Of a DNA stretch of 64,000 bases, positions 55,621 through 64,000 are shown piece by piece; the first letter of the stretch is position 1, and each line of letters opens with the position of its first letter. This stretch comes from an uncultured Chloroflexia bacterium (GTDB taxonomy: Bacteria > Chloroflexota > Limnocylindria > Limnocylindrales > CSP1-4): assembly GCA_963749705.1 (NCBI GenBank), contig CAVVNQ010000008.1, forward strand, positions 320,001 to 384,000, in the 5' to 3' direction. The notes below the pieces were generated by a model. The model saw only the letters and a list, made by a program, of their open reading frames with translations, did no database searches and had not been told where the DNA came from. The position numbers were made by a program, and so were the translations under genes.

Positions 55621-55712
55621 AGAACGGGGTCGGGTGAGAACGGGGTCGGGTGAGAACGGGGTCGGGTGAGAACGGGGCGCCAGAACGGGGTCGCGCCAGA
55701 ACGGGATCGGGT
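55621..55712. repeat. G-rich 16-bp tandem repeat (6 AGAACGGG units)
   Basis: AGAACGGGGTCGGGTG x3 followed by three degenerate copies. Confidence 0.9.
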
Positions 55713-55795
55713 CCCGGGTGGGCGTGAGCGTCGAGCGGGCGGGCAGGGCCCCATGCCGAGCGGGCCGGCCCGGCCGCATGCCGAGCGCTCGCCGG

Positions 55796-56653
55796 CTAGG
55801 ACTCGTCGAGGTCGTCCGCCTCTTCCTCGAACGCTTCGTCGGTCGTCTCCTCGGGCGGCAGCACGCGGTCGAGGTTCTCGATCTCCTCGTCCTCGATGTC
55901 GTCCTCGAGATCGTCCTCGAGCTCCTCCTCCTCGCGAACCAGCGTGCCCTTGGTGTATGGCCGCAGGTCCGTCGACTTGGCGGCGGTCGGGAAGCTCACC
56001 TTGCCGTAGTTGCGGGGATCCTGGAACACCTCGCGGATGATCAGCCGAACATCGCGGTCGCCCAGCGAGGTCACGCCGGCGAGGTACTTGTTGCCGTCCG
56101 CCATGAGCTTGAGCAGGCGCGCCGCGACGCGCGGCTCGACGACCCCGATCCGGATGCCGTTGCTGATCGCGATCAGCCGGTTGGACTCGGGGATCAGCTC
56201 GACCGCATCGCCCGGGTTGACCTGGGCCAGCTCCGCCGGACGGGCGAGGTTGGTGAGGTGCGCGAACCCGGTCTTGCCCGTCTCCTCGACGAAGATGCTC
56301 ACCGGCGCCTTCGATCCCTGGAGGGCCGGGACCGTCTTCTCGCCGGCTTCGACGAGCAGGACCTTGAGGCGGTCGATGTTGCGCTCGGCAATCCGGTTGG
56401 TCGGATCGAGGGCCAGCGCCTTCTGGTAGTGCTCGCGGGCGGTGCCCAGCTCGCCCAGCTCCCAGAGCGCCTTGGCAAGCCGGTTCTCGGCCTCGGAATC
56501 CGCGCCGAGCTCGAGCAGCCGGCGGTTCGTCTCGGCCGCATCGTCCCAGCGGGCGGCCGACGCGTGCGCGATCGCCTGGTCGGCCAGCTGGCGCTTGAGA
56601 CGCATCTGGCCTGCGGGCGTCTGGGCGGCGGCATCGATCTCGGGGAAGGTCAC
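55796..56653 (-). CDS. TPR protein with central beta domain and acidic tail
   Basis: NRLAKALWELGELGTAREHYQKALALDPTN TPR; FVEETGKT; E/D-rich C-terminus; AAGGA RBS before GTG. Confidence 0.85.
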   Translation of the reverse strand: MTFPEIDAAAQTPAGQMRLKRQLADQAIAHASAARWDDAAETNRRLLELGADSEAENRLAKALWELGELGTAREHYQKALALDPTNRIAERNIDRLKVLLVEAGEKTVPALQGSKAPVSIFVEETGKTGFAHLTNLARPAELAQVNPGDAVELIPESNRLIAISNGIRIGVVEPRVAARLLKLMADGNKYLAGVTSLGDRDVRLIIREVFQDPRNYGKVSFPTAAKSTDLRPYTKGTLVREEEELEDDLEDDIEDEEIENLDRVLPPEETTDEAFEEEADDLDES

Positions 56654-56767
56654 GGAGTGGTCGTCCTTTCGGTCCTTCGGACCGCGGGAGGCATGCGACG
56701 CATCGACAGACGCGTCGAAATCGGCATCACCGCGGGCACGTGTTTCTAGCACCCGCCGGGGATCGCG

Positions 56768-57604
56768 TCAAACGCGCAGCCGGAGGTTCCAGGCGATCAC
56801 CACCGCGGCGAGGGCAAACAGCAGGACCGTCTCCCACAGGAACCGCGGGTCGCGCCGCCTCGCCGGGGCCGTGCCGTGGAGCGCGTCCCACAGGTAGAAC
56901 ACCAGGGTCAGCACCGCCGGTCCGACCAGGCTCGAGAGGTTGACGGCGCGCGTGGCGCCGGCGGCGACCGCGATCACGATCGCGTAGGTCAGGGCCGACC
57001 GTGCGGCATCGCGGGTCGTGCCGTAGCGGAACGTGGCGACCCGGTATCCCAGCAGCAGCGCCAGCAGCGCGTCGTCGAGCGCCAGGACCGCGAGCCAGCC
57101 CAGCGACAGGGCGTGGCCGGTCCCGACCGCAGGTCCCGCCCCGCCCACCTCGACCAGGCCGCCGGGAACGAGCGCCGCGATGCCGGTGAACGCGAGGAAT
57201 GCCGTGACCACGGCCGCCAGCAGAACCCGCGACCGGTCCGCCTCGGTGACGCCGCCCGTCTGGCCGATCAGCCTCATCTCGAGCGCGACCACCCGGTCCA
57301 GCAGGACCGCGAAGGCCGCCAGCGACGGCACCAGGCCCAGCCCGGCCGGCACCAGCTGGATCGCCGCCGCCGCCCCGCCCGTCAGCACGGCCGGGATCAG
57401 CAGGCCGTCGAACCCGCCTGACTGGCTCCGATCGCGGCGCAGCACGCCTGCCCCGGCAAGGAGCATCGCCAGTGGCAGCAGCCCGGCCATGAGGAACGCA
57501 TCCCCACGGTCAACCAGGCGCGCCATCGCGACCAGCACGACCGCCACGAGCACGAGCTCGCGTCGCGCCAGGACCAGCGACTCGTCGGGGAGGCTGACCG
57601 TCAT
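56768..57604 (-). CDS. Multi-pass membrane protein, unknown function
   Basis: About 8-9 hydrophobic segments; TAGGAT 7 nt before ATG. Confidence 0.78.
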   Translation of the reverse strand: MTVSLPDESLVLARRELVLVAVVLVAMARLVDRGDAFLMAGLLPLAMLLAGAGVLRRDRSQSGGFDGLLIPAVLTGGAAAAIQLVPAGLGLVPSLAAFAVLLDRVVALEMRLIGQTGGVTEADRSRVLLAAVVTAFLAFTGIAALVPGGLVEVGGAGPAVGTGHALSLGWLAVLALDDALLALLLGYRVATFRYGTTRDAARSALTYAIVIAVAAGATRAVNLSSLVGPAVLTLVFYLWDALHGTAPARRRDPRFLWETVLLFALAAVVIAWNLRLRV

Positions 57605-57614
57605 CGGGGCGATC

Positions 57615-59558
57615 CTATCGCCCCCGGACGCGGGCGGGCTTGCCGGCCGCCCATGCGAGGAGGTCGTCGCGGCTCCGGGTGTTGACCACGTTGTCCGCCT
57701 CGACCCATCCCCGCCGCGCCTGGTCGACGCCCCAGCGGACGTACTCGAGCTCCGCGATCCGGTGGGCGTCGGAGTCGATCGAGAGCACGCAGCCCGCTTC
57801 GACCGCGCGACGAGCCCGCTCCGCCGAGAGGTCGAGCCGGTGCGGCGAGCCGTTGATCTCGAGTGCGGTTCCGGTCGCCGCCGCGGCCTCGAACACGGCG
57901 TCCCAGTCGAGGTCCAGGTCGTCCCGGGACTGGATCATCCGGCCGGCCGGATGGGCGATGACGTCCACGTGCGGGCTGCGGATCGCGTTGAGCGTCCGGC
58001 GGGTCAGGTCGGCGCGGGACTGCCGGCGGGCGACGTGAACCGAGGCGACCACGAGGTCGAACCGGGCGAGGAGGTCGTCCTCGTAGTCCAGCTGCCCGTC
58101 CGCGCGGACCTCCAGCTCGCAGCCGTGGAGGAGCCGGAAGCCCCCGGGATCGGCGCCCGCGGGAAGCGTTCCGTCAGCCTCTTCCGCGGCGAACCGCGCA
58201 TTGAGCGCCGCGATGATCCCGCGCTGCGCCTCCACCCGATCCGGGTCGAGCCCGTGCGCGATCGCGAGGCTTCGCGAGTGGTCGGTGAGCACCTGGTAGG
58301 CGTACCCCGACGCGCGTCCCGCTGCGGCCATCCGCTCGATCGTGTCGACGCCGTCGCTCCACTCGGAGTGCGTGTGCAGGTCGCCGCGCAGGTCGCCGCG
58401 CGCGATGAGCCGCGGCAGCCGGCCGTCGCGGGCGGCCTCGATCTCGCCCCGATCCTCGCGCAGCTCGGGCTCGACGAAGGCAAGGTCGAGGAACCGGTAG
58501 ACACCGGCCTCGTCGGGGAACGTCCGGAGGTCCGCGCCGTCCCCGGACAGCGGCTGGCTGTCATCCCCCAGCCGCACGAACCCCTTCTCGGAAAGGCTCC
58601 AACCGCGCTCCCGGGCGAGCCCGCGGAGGTGGACGTTGTGCTCCGCCGATCCCGTGAAGTGGACGAGGTAGCTGCCGGCCTCGCCCGGCGGCATGACCAT
58701 CAGGTCCACCTGCGGGCCGTGCAGCAACCGGACGCTCGCCTTCGCACCGCCCGCGCCCAGCACCTGGTCGACGCCGGCCAGGCCGGTGAACCGGTCCACG
58801 ACCGACGCGGGATCGTCGGTCTCCACCAGCAGGTCCAGGTCGCCGACGGTCTCGCGCCGCCGGCGCAGCGACCCCGCCTGGACGATCCGCCGCACGCCGG
58901 CGACGTCGGACAGCTGCGCCACGAGCTCGTCCGAGCGCTGCTGCGCCCGGTCGAGCAGGAGCCGCTGGGGGCGCGACTCGAGCTGCGCGATCCCCTCCAG
59001 GATCCGCGCCTCCGTCCCGACCGACAGTCCACGGAGCCCGCGCAGGTGCCCCGCCTCCGCGGCGCGGCGGAGGTCGTCGAGGCTCTCGATGCCCAGCCCC
59101 TCGTAGACCAGGCGGACGGTCTTCGGGCCCACGCCCGAAATCCGGAGCAGGCCGACCAGGCTGGCCGGAATCTCGGCACGAAGGCGGTCGTGGACGGCCA
59201 TCCGCCCCGTGGTCGCCAGCTCGGTGATCTTGTCCGCGATCGCCTTGCCGACGCCGGGGATCGGCCGCCTGTTTCCGGCCGCGTACGCGCTCCCGACGTC
59301 GAACGGGGCGCGGGCGATGGCGTCGGCGGCACGGTGGTAGGCGACGGTCTTGAACACCAGCTCGCCCTTGACCTCGAGGATGTCGCCGATCTCGTGGAAC
59401 ACCCGGGCAAGGTCGCCATTGGTCACCGGATGTGCCGCTCCGGACGGGGCCGGGTCGCGTCCGCCCGGTCCATCGGGCGGATCCGGGACGGGATCCGGCC
59501 CATCGGGTCCGGCGTTCTGGCCGAGGTCGGGCTCGCGCTTGCGCGGCGTGCGGGGCAT
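57615..59558 (-). CDS. polX: DNA polymerase X / PHP 3'-5' exonuclease
   Basis: AGSLRR...GDLDLL, HFTGS, PELRED; PHP motifs DLHTHSEWSDG, TDHS, DSDAH. Confidence 0.95.
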   Translation of the reverse strand: MPRTPRKREPDLGQNAGPDGPDPVPDPPDGPGGRDPAPSGAAHPVTNGDLARVFHEIGDILEVKGELVFKTVAYHRAADAIARAPFDVGSAYAAGNRRPIPGVGKAIADKITELATTGRMAVHDRLRAEIPASLVGLLRISGVGPKTVRLVYEGLGIESLDDLRRAAEAGHLRGLRGLSVGTEARILEGIAQLESRPQRLLLDRAQQRSDELVAQLSDVAGVRRIVQAGSLRRRRETVGDLDLLVETDDPASVVDRFTGLAGVDQVLGAGGAKASVRLLHGPQVDLMVMPPGEAGSYLVHFTGSAEHNVHLRGLARERGWSLSEKGFVRLGDDSQPLSGDGADLRTFPDEAGVYRFLDLAFVEPELREDRGEIEAARDGRLPRLIARGDLRGDLHTHSEWSDGVDTIERMAAAGRASGYAYQVLTDHSRSLAIAHGLDPDRVEAQRGIIAALNARFAAEEADGTLPAGADPGGFRLLHGCELEVRADGQLDYEDDLLARFDLVVASVHVARRQSRADLTRRTLNAIRSPHVDVIAHPAGRMIQSRDDLDLDWDAVFEAAAATGTALEINGSPHRLDLSAERARRAVEAGCVLSIDSDAHRIAELEYVRWGVDQARRGWVEADNVVNTRSRDDLLAWAAGKPARVRGR

Positions 59559-59675
59559 GCCTGCATGGTACGAGGCCGGAGCGGTGGCACGGACGGGCGC
59601 CGCGCCGTGCGGTCAGGAGCCCGGCAGCCGGTGACCCATGCTCAGCTGTCGACCCGCTGCGCTCAGGGTTCGACG

Positions 59676-61130
59676 CTACGCCGCGACGACGCGATCGCGA
59701 CCGGCCCGCTTGGCCCGGAACAGCGCCCGGTCCGCCGCATCGATCACCATGTCGAGCCCGACGTCCGGCAATTCGGCAACCGACACCCCGACCGACACGC
59801 TCACCCCGGGCACGCCCAGCCGGCGCAGGTCGAGCCCGGCGACGGACCGGCGGACCCGCTCACCGACCTCGAACGCGATCTCGGACGTCGGGTTGCGGAG
59901 CAGGACCGCAAACTCCTCGCCGCCGAACCGTGACGGCACGTCACCCTCGCGAACCGCCCTGGCGATCGCCTGGGCGACCTCCCGCAGCACGTGGTCGCCC
60001 ACGCCGTGGCCGAAGGTGTCGTTGAGCCGCTTGAAGCGGTCGATGTCGATCATCAGCACGCCAACCCGATCTTCGGCACGGCGTCGCCGCGACAGCAGGC
60101 CCACGTACTCGTCGAAGTACCGGCGGTTCGGCAGGCCCGTCAGCGCATCCGTCGACGCCCGTGTCTCGGCATCGCGGAGCGAGTACACCCGAGCCAGCGC
60201 CGCGGACGCCTCGACCGCGGACGCGGCGAGGATCCGGTGCGCGCTGGCCGGCCATGGCCCGCTCGTCCGACGCGACAGGACGATCGCGCCCTCGACCCTG
60301 CCGTCGACCCGCAGCGGCGCCGCGAGGAGGTTGCTCAACCCGTAGGCGTCGCGGAGCCGGGCGGCGATCCGGTCCGCGATCCGCTGCTCGGCACCATCGC
60401 GGGCCAGCGATGCCTGGACGATCCGCCGGGTCTGCGGTGGCGCGACCGCGACCGTCGTGCCGCCGGGCTCGCGATCCGGCTGGGCGCGCACCCGGAGCGG
60501 CATCTGGCCCACAGGCGCGGTGGCACCGGAGCTCGCGGCCCAATCGGCACTGATCCCGAGCGGTGCGAGCTGCGGATCCCCGTCGGGTTCCGGCCCCATG
60601 GGCACCGGCGTGAGCCGCCGGCCACGGGCGGCCGCGACGGCGAGCCGCACCTGCGCCTGCTCGTCGGCCGGATCCTCGAGCTCTGTGAGGGGCAGCGTCG
60701 TCCGCGACGCCGGGGCACCGGCTCGCGTGGGTGTCAGGATGGCCTCGAGGTTTCGAGTGTCCGGGCGGCGGCGGACGACCGCGACGTGATCGGCGCCGGT
60801 CCCCGCCCCCAGCTCCTCGGCGATCGACGCGACGATGGCGTCCGGGGATGCGGATCGCGCGAGACCGCGCAGGATCCGGGCGAACGACTCCGCCTCCGTG
60901 CGCCGGTTGCCCTCGAGACCGGCCACCGCCTCGCGCTCACGAATGGCGGCGAGCCCGACCAGGGCGACCAGGGCGAGGACGACCAGGTCGGCGGGCCGCG
61001 GATCGAGGGCCAGCCGCAGGACCTCGATCGAGCCCAGGGCGACGAACAGGAGGACGAACGGTCGCCGGGTCAGCGAGCGCAGATCGATGCGCCGCCCGAG
61101 GCCGCCAGGATTCCGCTCGTCGAGTGTCAC
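59676..61130 (-). CDS. Membrane GAF-GGDEF diguanylate cyclase (start uncertain)
   Basis: TDALTGLPNRR, DIDRFK, REGD I-site, GGEEF. Confidence 0.88.
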   Translation of the reverse strand: MTLDERNPGGLGRRIDLRSLTRRPFVLLFVALGSIEVLRLALDPRPADLVVLALVALVGLAAIREREAVAGLEGNRRTEAESFARILRGLARSASPDAIVASIAEELGAGTGADHVAVVRRRPDTRNLEAILTPTRAGAPASRTTLPLTELEDPADEQAQVRLAVAAARGRRLTPVPMGPEPDGDPQLAPLGISADWAASSGATAPVGQMPLRVRAQPDREPGGTTVAVAPPQTRRIVQASLARDGAEQRIADRIAARLRDAYGLSNLLAAPLRVDGRVEGAIVLSRRTSGPWPASAHRILAASAVEASAALARVYSLRDAETRASTDALTGLPNRRYFDEYVGLLSRRRRAEDRVGVLMIDIDRFKRLNDTFGHGVGDHVLREVAQAIARAVREGDVPSRFGGEEFAVLLRNPTSEIAFEVGERVRRSVAGLDLRRLGVPGVSVSVGVSVAELPDVGLDMVIDAADRALFRAKRAGRDRVVAA

Positions 61131-61220
61131 CTGGAACTGAAGGATGGGGCCCGGAAGGGCGCCGGGCAAGTGGGCATCCCAGTACTCTCGGCGGGCAGGG
61201 TCCTGGTACTTCCGTACCCG

Positions 61221-63134
61221 TCAGTCGGGACCGGACGTCACCCCACCGGCCTCAACCGGAGGCTGCCCGGAATGCAGCTCGGACCCGCGACCCGCCATTC
61301 GTACCGGCCACTCGGGTCGCCCGTCCACGCCGGAGGCGGTCGCGGCCGGCGAGGTCGAGACAACGTCGCCATCGGACCCCGCCGTCGCCTGGTTGCCGCC
61401 GCGCGCCTTGGATCCGTACAGCGCGGCGTCCGCGATCGAGATCAGATCGGTCGCCGTACGGCCGGCGTCCGGGTATGTCGCGATCCCGATCGAGGCACCG
61501 ATCGGGAACGGCCGCCGCCCGTCGGCGGAGAAGGGCGAGGCCTGGAAGGCATCGAGGATGCGGCTGGCCGCACGCGCTGCGCCCTCGCGGTCGGTCTCGG
61601 GCAGGATCAGCGCGAACTCGTCGCCGCCGTATCGGGCGCCCACATCCGACTGGCGAAACGTCGCGCGGATCAGGTCGGCAACGTGGACCAGCACACGGTC
61701 TCCGTACACGTGGCCGAAGGTGTCGTTGACCAGCTTGAAGTCGTCGAGGTCGAGCATCAGGACGCTCAGCGGCCGGCGCGTGCGGACGGCGCGGACGACC
61801 TCCTCGGCCAGGCGCTCGTGGAGATACCGGTGGTTGTAGAAGCCGGTCAGCGGGTCGCGGTCGGCCAGCTTGCGGGCCGTGTCGTACAGCCGCGCGTTCT
61901 GGAGCGCCATCGCGGCCTCGTGGGTCATCGTCCGGGCCAGCGTGATCGGCCCGGCGTCGGCCACCGGACGGCCGCGGAAGGTGAGCTCGACGAGGCCGAT
62001 CGCATCTCCCTTCGCGATCAGCGGCAGCATCACCAGCCCGCCCATGCCTTCCTCGCGCAGCAGCTCCACCTCGGCGCGATCCGCGTCCGGGTCCTCGACA
62101 TCGACGAACGCGATCATCCCCTCGGTGAGGACGCGGCGGGTAAGCGGGAACGGCGCGAGTGGATAGAACGCGGCCGCCTGCATCCCGGTGCCGACCGGGT
62201 ATGCCCCGAGGCTGCAGACGCGGTCGTTGAGCTGATCCCAGTCGCTGATCTGCGCCTCGTCCGCGCCGACGGCGCGGGCGAGATGCTCGGCCATCAGGTC
62301 CGCCACGTCGTGCGGGTCAAGCGACCTGGCCAGGGCGCTGCTCATGTCGAGCAGCTGGCGGAGCTCGGCCGCGAGCCTGCGGGTCTCGACGAGCAGCGAC
62401 GCGCCGGAGAAGGCGGTCGCGGCCTGGTCGGCGAGGATCATCAGCAGCCTGAGGTCGTCGTCGTCGAACTGGTCGAGGCCCAGCTTCGAGAGGGTGATCA
62501 CGCCGACGAGGGTGTCGTCATGCCGCATGGGCACGACGAGCATCGATTCGTCGACGTCGTCGGTGCCCGGAATGGTGGCGGCGCGCGGATCGCGGCCGAC
62601 ATCGCCGATCCTGAGCGGGAAGCCGTTGCGGGCGACCCAGCCGGTAAGCCCCGTGCCCACCTTCGTCCGCAGGATGTCGAGATCGACCTTGTCGTAGGCA
62701 CCGACGCGGCCCTCGAACGCGACGGGCACGAGCTCATCCGGCGCCTCGAGCAGGTAGACGCGCGCATTGTGGTAATCGATGACGCGCTGCGTCTCCTCGA
62801 CCACCGCCCGGCCCACCTCGGCGGGGCTGAGGCTCGCGCTCATGCGCTTGGCGGCGCCCTGCAGCACCTGCAGCTGGCCGGCGCGACGCGCTTCCGCCGC
62901 CCTGGCCCGGCCAACCAGCGCCCCGGTGAGGAGGACCGTCCCCCCGATGGTGAGATCGAGGACGATGATCAGGTCCTCGATCGAGGATGGCCCACCTGCG
63001 ACGGCCCAGCCGGCGACCCCGAGCGCCAGCGCCATCAGGCCGCCGATGAAGGCCACCACGTGGAGGCGTGACGTCTGGGGCGCCGCGCGGCGTCCCGACC
63101 GGAGGCGGCCCATGGCCACACGAAGGCGCTTCAC
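61221..63134 (-). CDS. Membrane GAF-GAF-GGDEF diguanylate cyclase
   Basis: Two TM, two GAF, DPLTGFYN, RQSD I-site, GGDEF. Confidence 0.9.
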   Translation of the reverse strand: MKRLRVAMGRLRSGRRAAPQTSRLHVVAFIGGLMALALGVAGWAVAGGPSSIEDLIIVLDLTIGGTVLLTGALVGRARAAEARRAGQLQVLQGAAKRMSASLSPAEVGRAVVEETQRVIDYHNARVYLLEAPDELVPVAFEGRVGAYDKVDLDILRTKVGTGLTGWVARNGFPLRIGDVGRDPRAATIPGTDDVDESMLVVPMRHDDTLVGVITLSKLGLDQFDDDDLRLLMILADQAATAFSGASLLVETRRLAAELRQLLDMSSALARSLDPHDVADLMAEHLARAVGADEAQISDWDQLNDRVCSLGAYPVGTGMQAAAFYPLAPFPLTRRVLTEGMIAFVDVEDPDADRAEVELLREEGMGGLVMLPLIAKGDAIGLVELTFRGRPVADAGPITLARTMTHEAAMALQNARLYDTARKLADRDPLTGFYNHRYLHERLAEEVVRAVRTRRPLSVLMLDLDDFKLVNDTFGHVYGDRVLVHVADLIRATFRQSDVGARYGGDEFALILPETDREGAARAASRILDAFQASPFSADGRRPFPIGASIGIATYPDAGRTATDLISIADAALYGSKARGGNQATAGSDGDVVSTSPAATASGVDGRPEWPVRMAGRGSELHSGQPPVEAGGVTSGPD

Positions 63135-63242
63135 GCTCCGGATGCTGGCAGCGCGGGGTGCCGCCGGGCACCACCTGAAGGTACCGGGCGCGGACGCCCG
63201 ATGGCGACGCGTCCCCTGTTATTGCGCTCCCGGTTTGCGCCG

Positions 63243-64000
63243 CTAGCTGGCAGCGTCGTAGGTGACCTTCGTTCCGGTGGCGACGACCTGGATGAAGATC
63301 CGCCCGCGGACCAGGGTGACCTCGGTTCCTGCAGCATCGAAGAAGCGCGTGAGGCCGGCGGCCGTGTCCTTGCGCCAGGTGCCCACGATCACGCGGCCGT
63401 CCCGGAACACGAGTGCCTTGCCGGTCCCGATCTGGTCCAGCACCGGCCGCGCGTGCCCGCGCTCCGATTCCGGGTCGATCGACAGGCGCATGAACAGGAC
63501 GACCACGTTGCGGGCCGTGACGCGCTTGCCATCGGCGGCATCGATCTGCGCCTTGCCGGCGACCGAACGCAGGTAGGCGTTGGTCTTCGCGTCATAGGTG
63601 TAACCGGTGGCGCCGTTGTTGTACGGGATCGTGATCGAGCCCTTCGTCGGGCGTTGGTCGGCGGGCAGGTCGTCGGCAAAGGTGCGGACGCCAACGTCCC
63701 CTGGCATCGTCGTCGGGGCCCCGTGCTTCACCGCCATCGCGCGGATCGCGGTGCTCGACGAGAAGGCGTTGTGGGGTGCGCTCCGCTTCGAGTCCCGGTG
63801 GAACGCGGACCCGCTGCCGGCCAGCGCATCGACGTTGTACAGGACCTTGCCGTCAAGCCCGGGCAGGAGCTTCAGCGTCTTCGCGTCGCCGCCGTAGTGC
63901 GCGAAGGCGGCCCGGTACTCGGACGCCCAGTTGACGAAGTACGGTCGACCGCTGCGAATGGCCTCGATCCGCGGTAGCGTCAAGCTCCTGGAACAGCGCC
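63243..64000 (-). CDS. DUF3048 domain protein (5'-truncated; apparent 1-nt frameshift near 63970)
   Basis: IRSGRPYF, AHYGG, RSAPHN, NVVVL, GTGKALVFRDG, GTWRK; upstream ALFQELDATA lies in another frame. Confidence 0.8.
   Translation of the reverse strand, partial: RCSRSLTLPRIEAIRSGRPYFVNWASEYRAAFAHYGGDAKTLKLLPGLDGKVLYNVDALAGSGSAFHRDSKRSAPHNAFSSSTAIRAMAVKHGAPTTMPGDVGVRTFADDLPADQRPTKGSITIPYNNGATGYTYDAKTNAYLRSVAGKAQIDAADGKRVTARNVVVLFMRLSIDPESERGHARPVLDQIGTGKALVFRDGRVIVGTWRKDTAAGLTRFFDAAGTEVTLVRGRIFIQVVATGTKVTYDAAS

Noticed and set aside
57033-63071. Very long plus-strand ORFs (966 aa, 1026 aa) and similar antisense ORFs throughout
   Set aside because: Shadow ORFs opposite well-supported genes; stop codons are rare at this GC and the translations have no motifs
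1-64000. Mobile elements, prophage, tRNA/rRNA
   Set aside because: No transposase, integrase or phage motifs, no compositional island beyond short promoters, and no cloverleaf or rRNA signatures seen by eye

Overview
A very GC-rich, densely coding bacterial chromosome segment. The gene families and style suggest Chloroflexota, possibly Ca. Limnocylindria/Ellin6529; this is inference. I found no rRNA, tRNA, CRISPR-cas or transposase/integrase. In order, the window holds: a histidine-kinase tail, a ferredoxin and FNR-like reductase, a DUF2089/DUF4097/SHOCT-like operon with an MFS, two ABC exporters, YbaK, a DEAD-box helicase, a serine hydrolase, a GreA with a long N-terminal domain, a hydrolase-Tag fusion, an Opp-type importer with sarcosine-oxidase/Rieske/CocE catabolic genes, a cyclic-nucleotide cluster (two cNMP-binding proteins, a FOXRED2-like flavoprotein, two cyclase-STAND-TPR proteins), thyX, PNP, moaA, an acidic scaffold plus CpaE/MinD ATPase, acs, mscS, an IclR/aminotransferase/oxidase module, a degenerate methylase-nuclease, a probable 6S RNA, polX and two diguanylate cyclases. 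The most striking unexplained element is a promoter-driven ~142-nt four-way-junction RNA (40372-40513, minus strand). Its three hairpins carry near-identical 13-nt loops resembling the 16S rRNA 3' tail (GAUCACCUC). Many genes appear leaderless. All family calls come from motif recognition by eye, not database searches.
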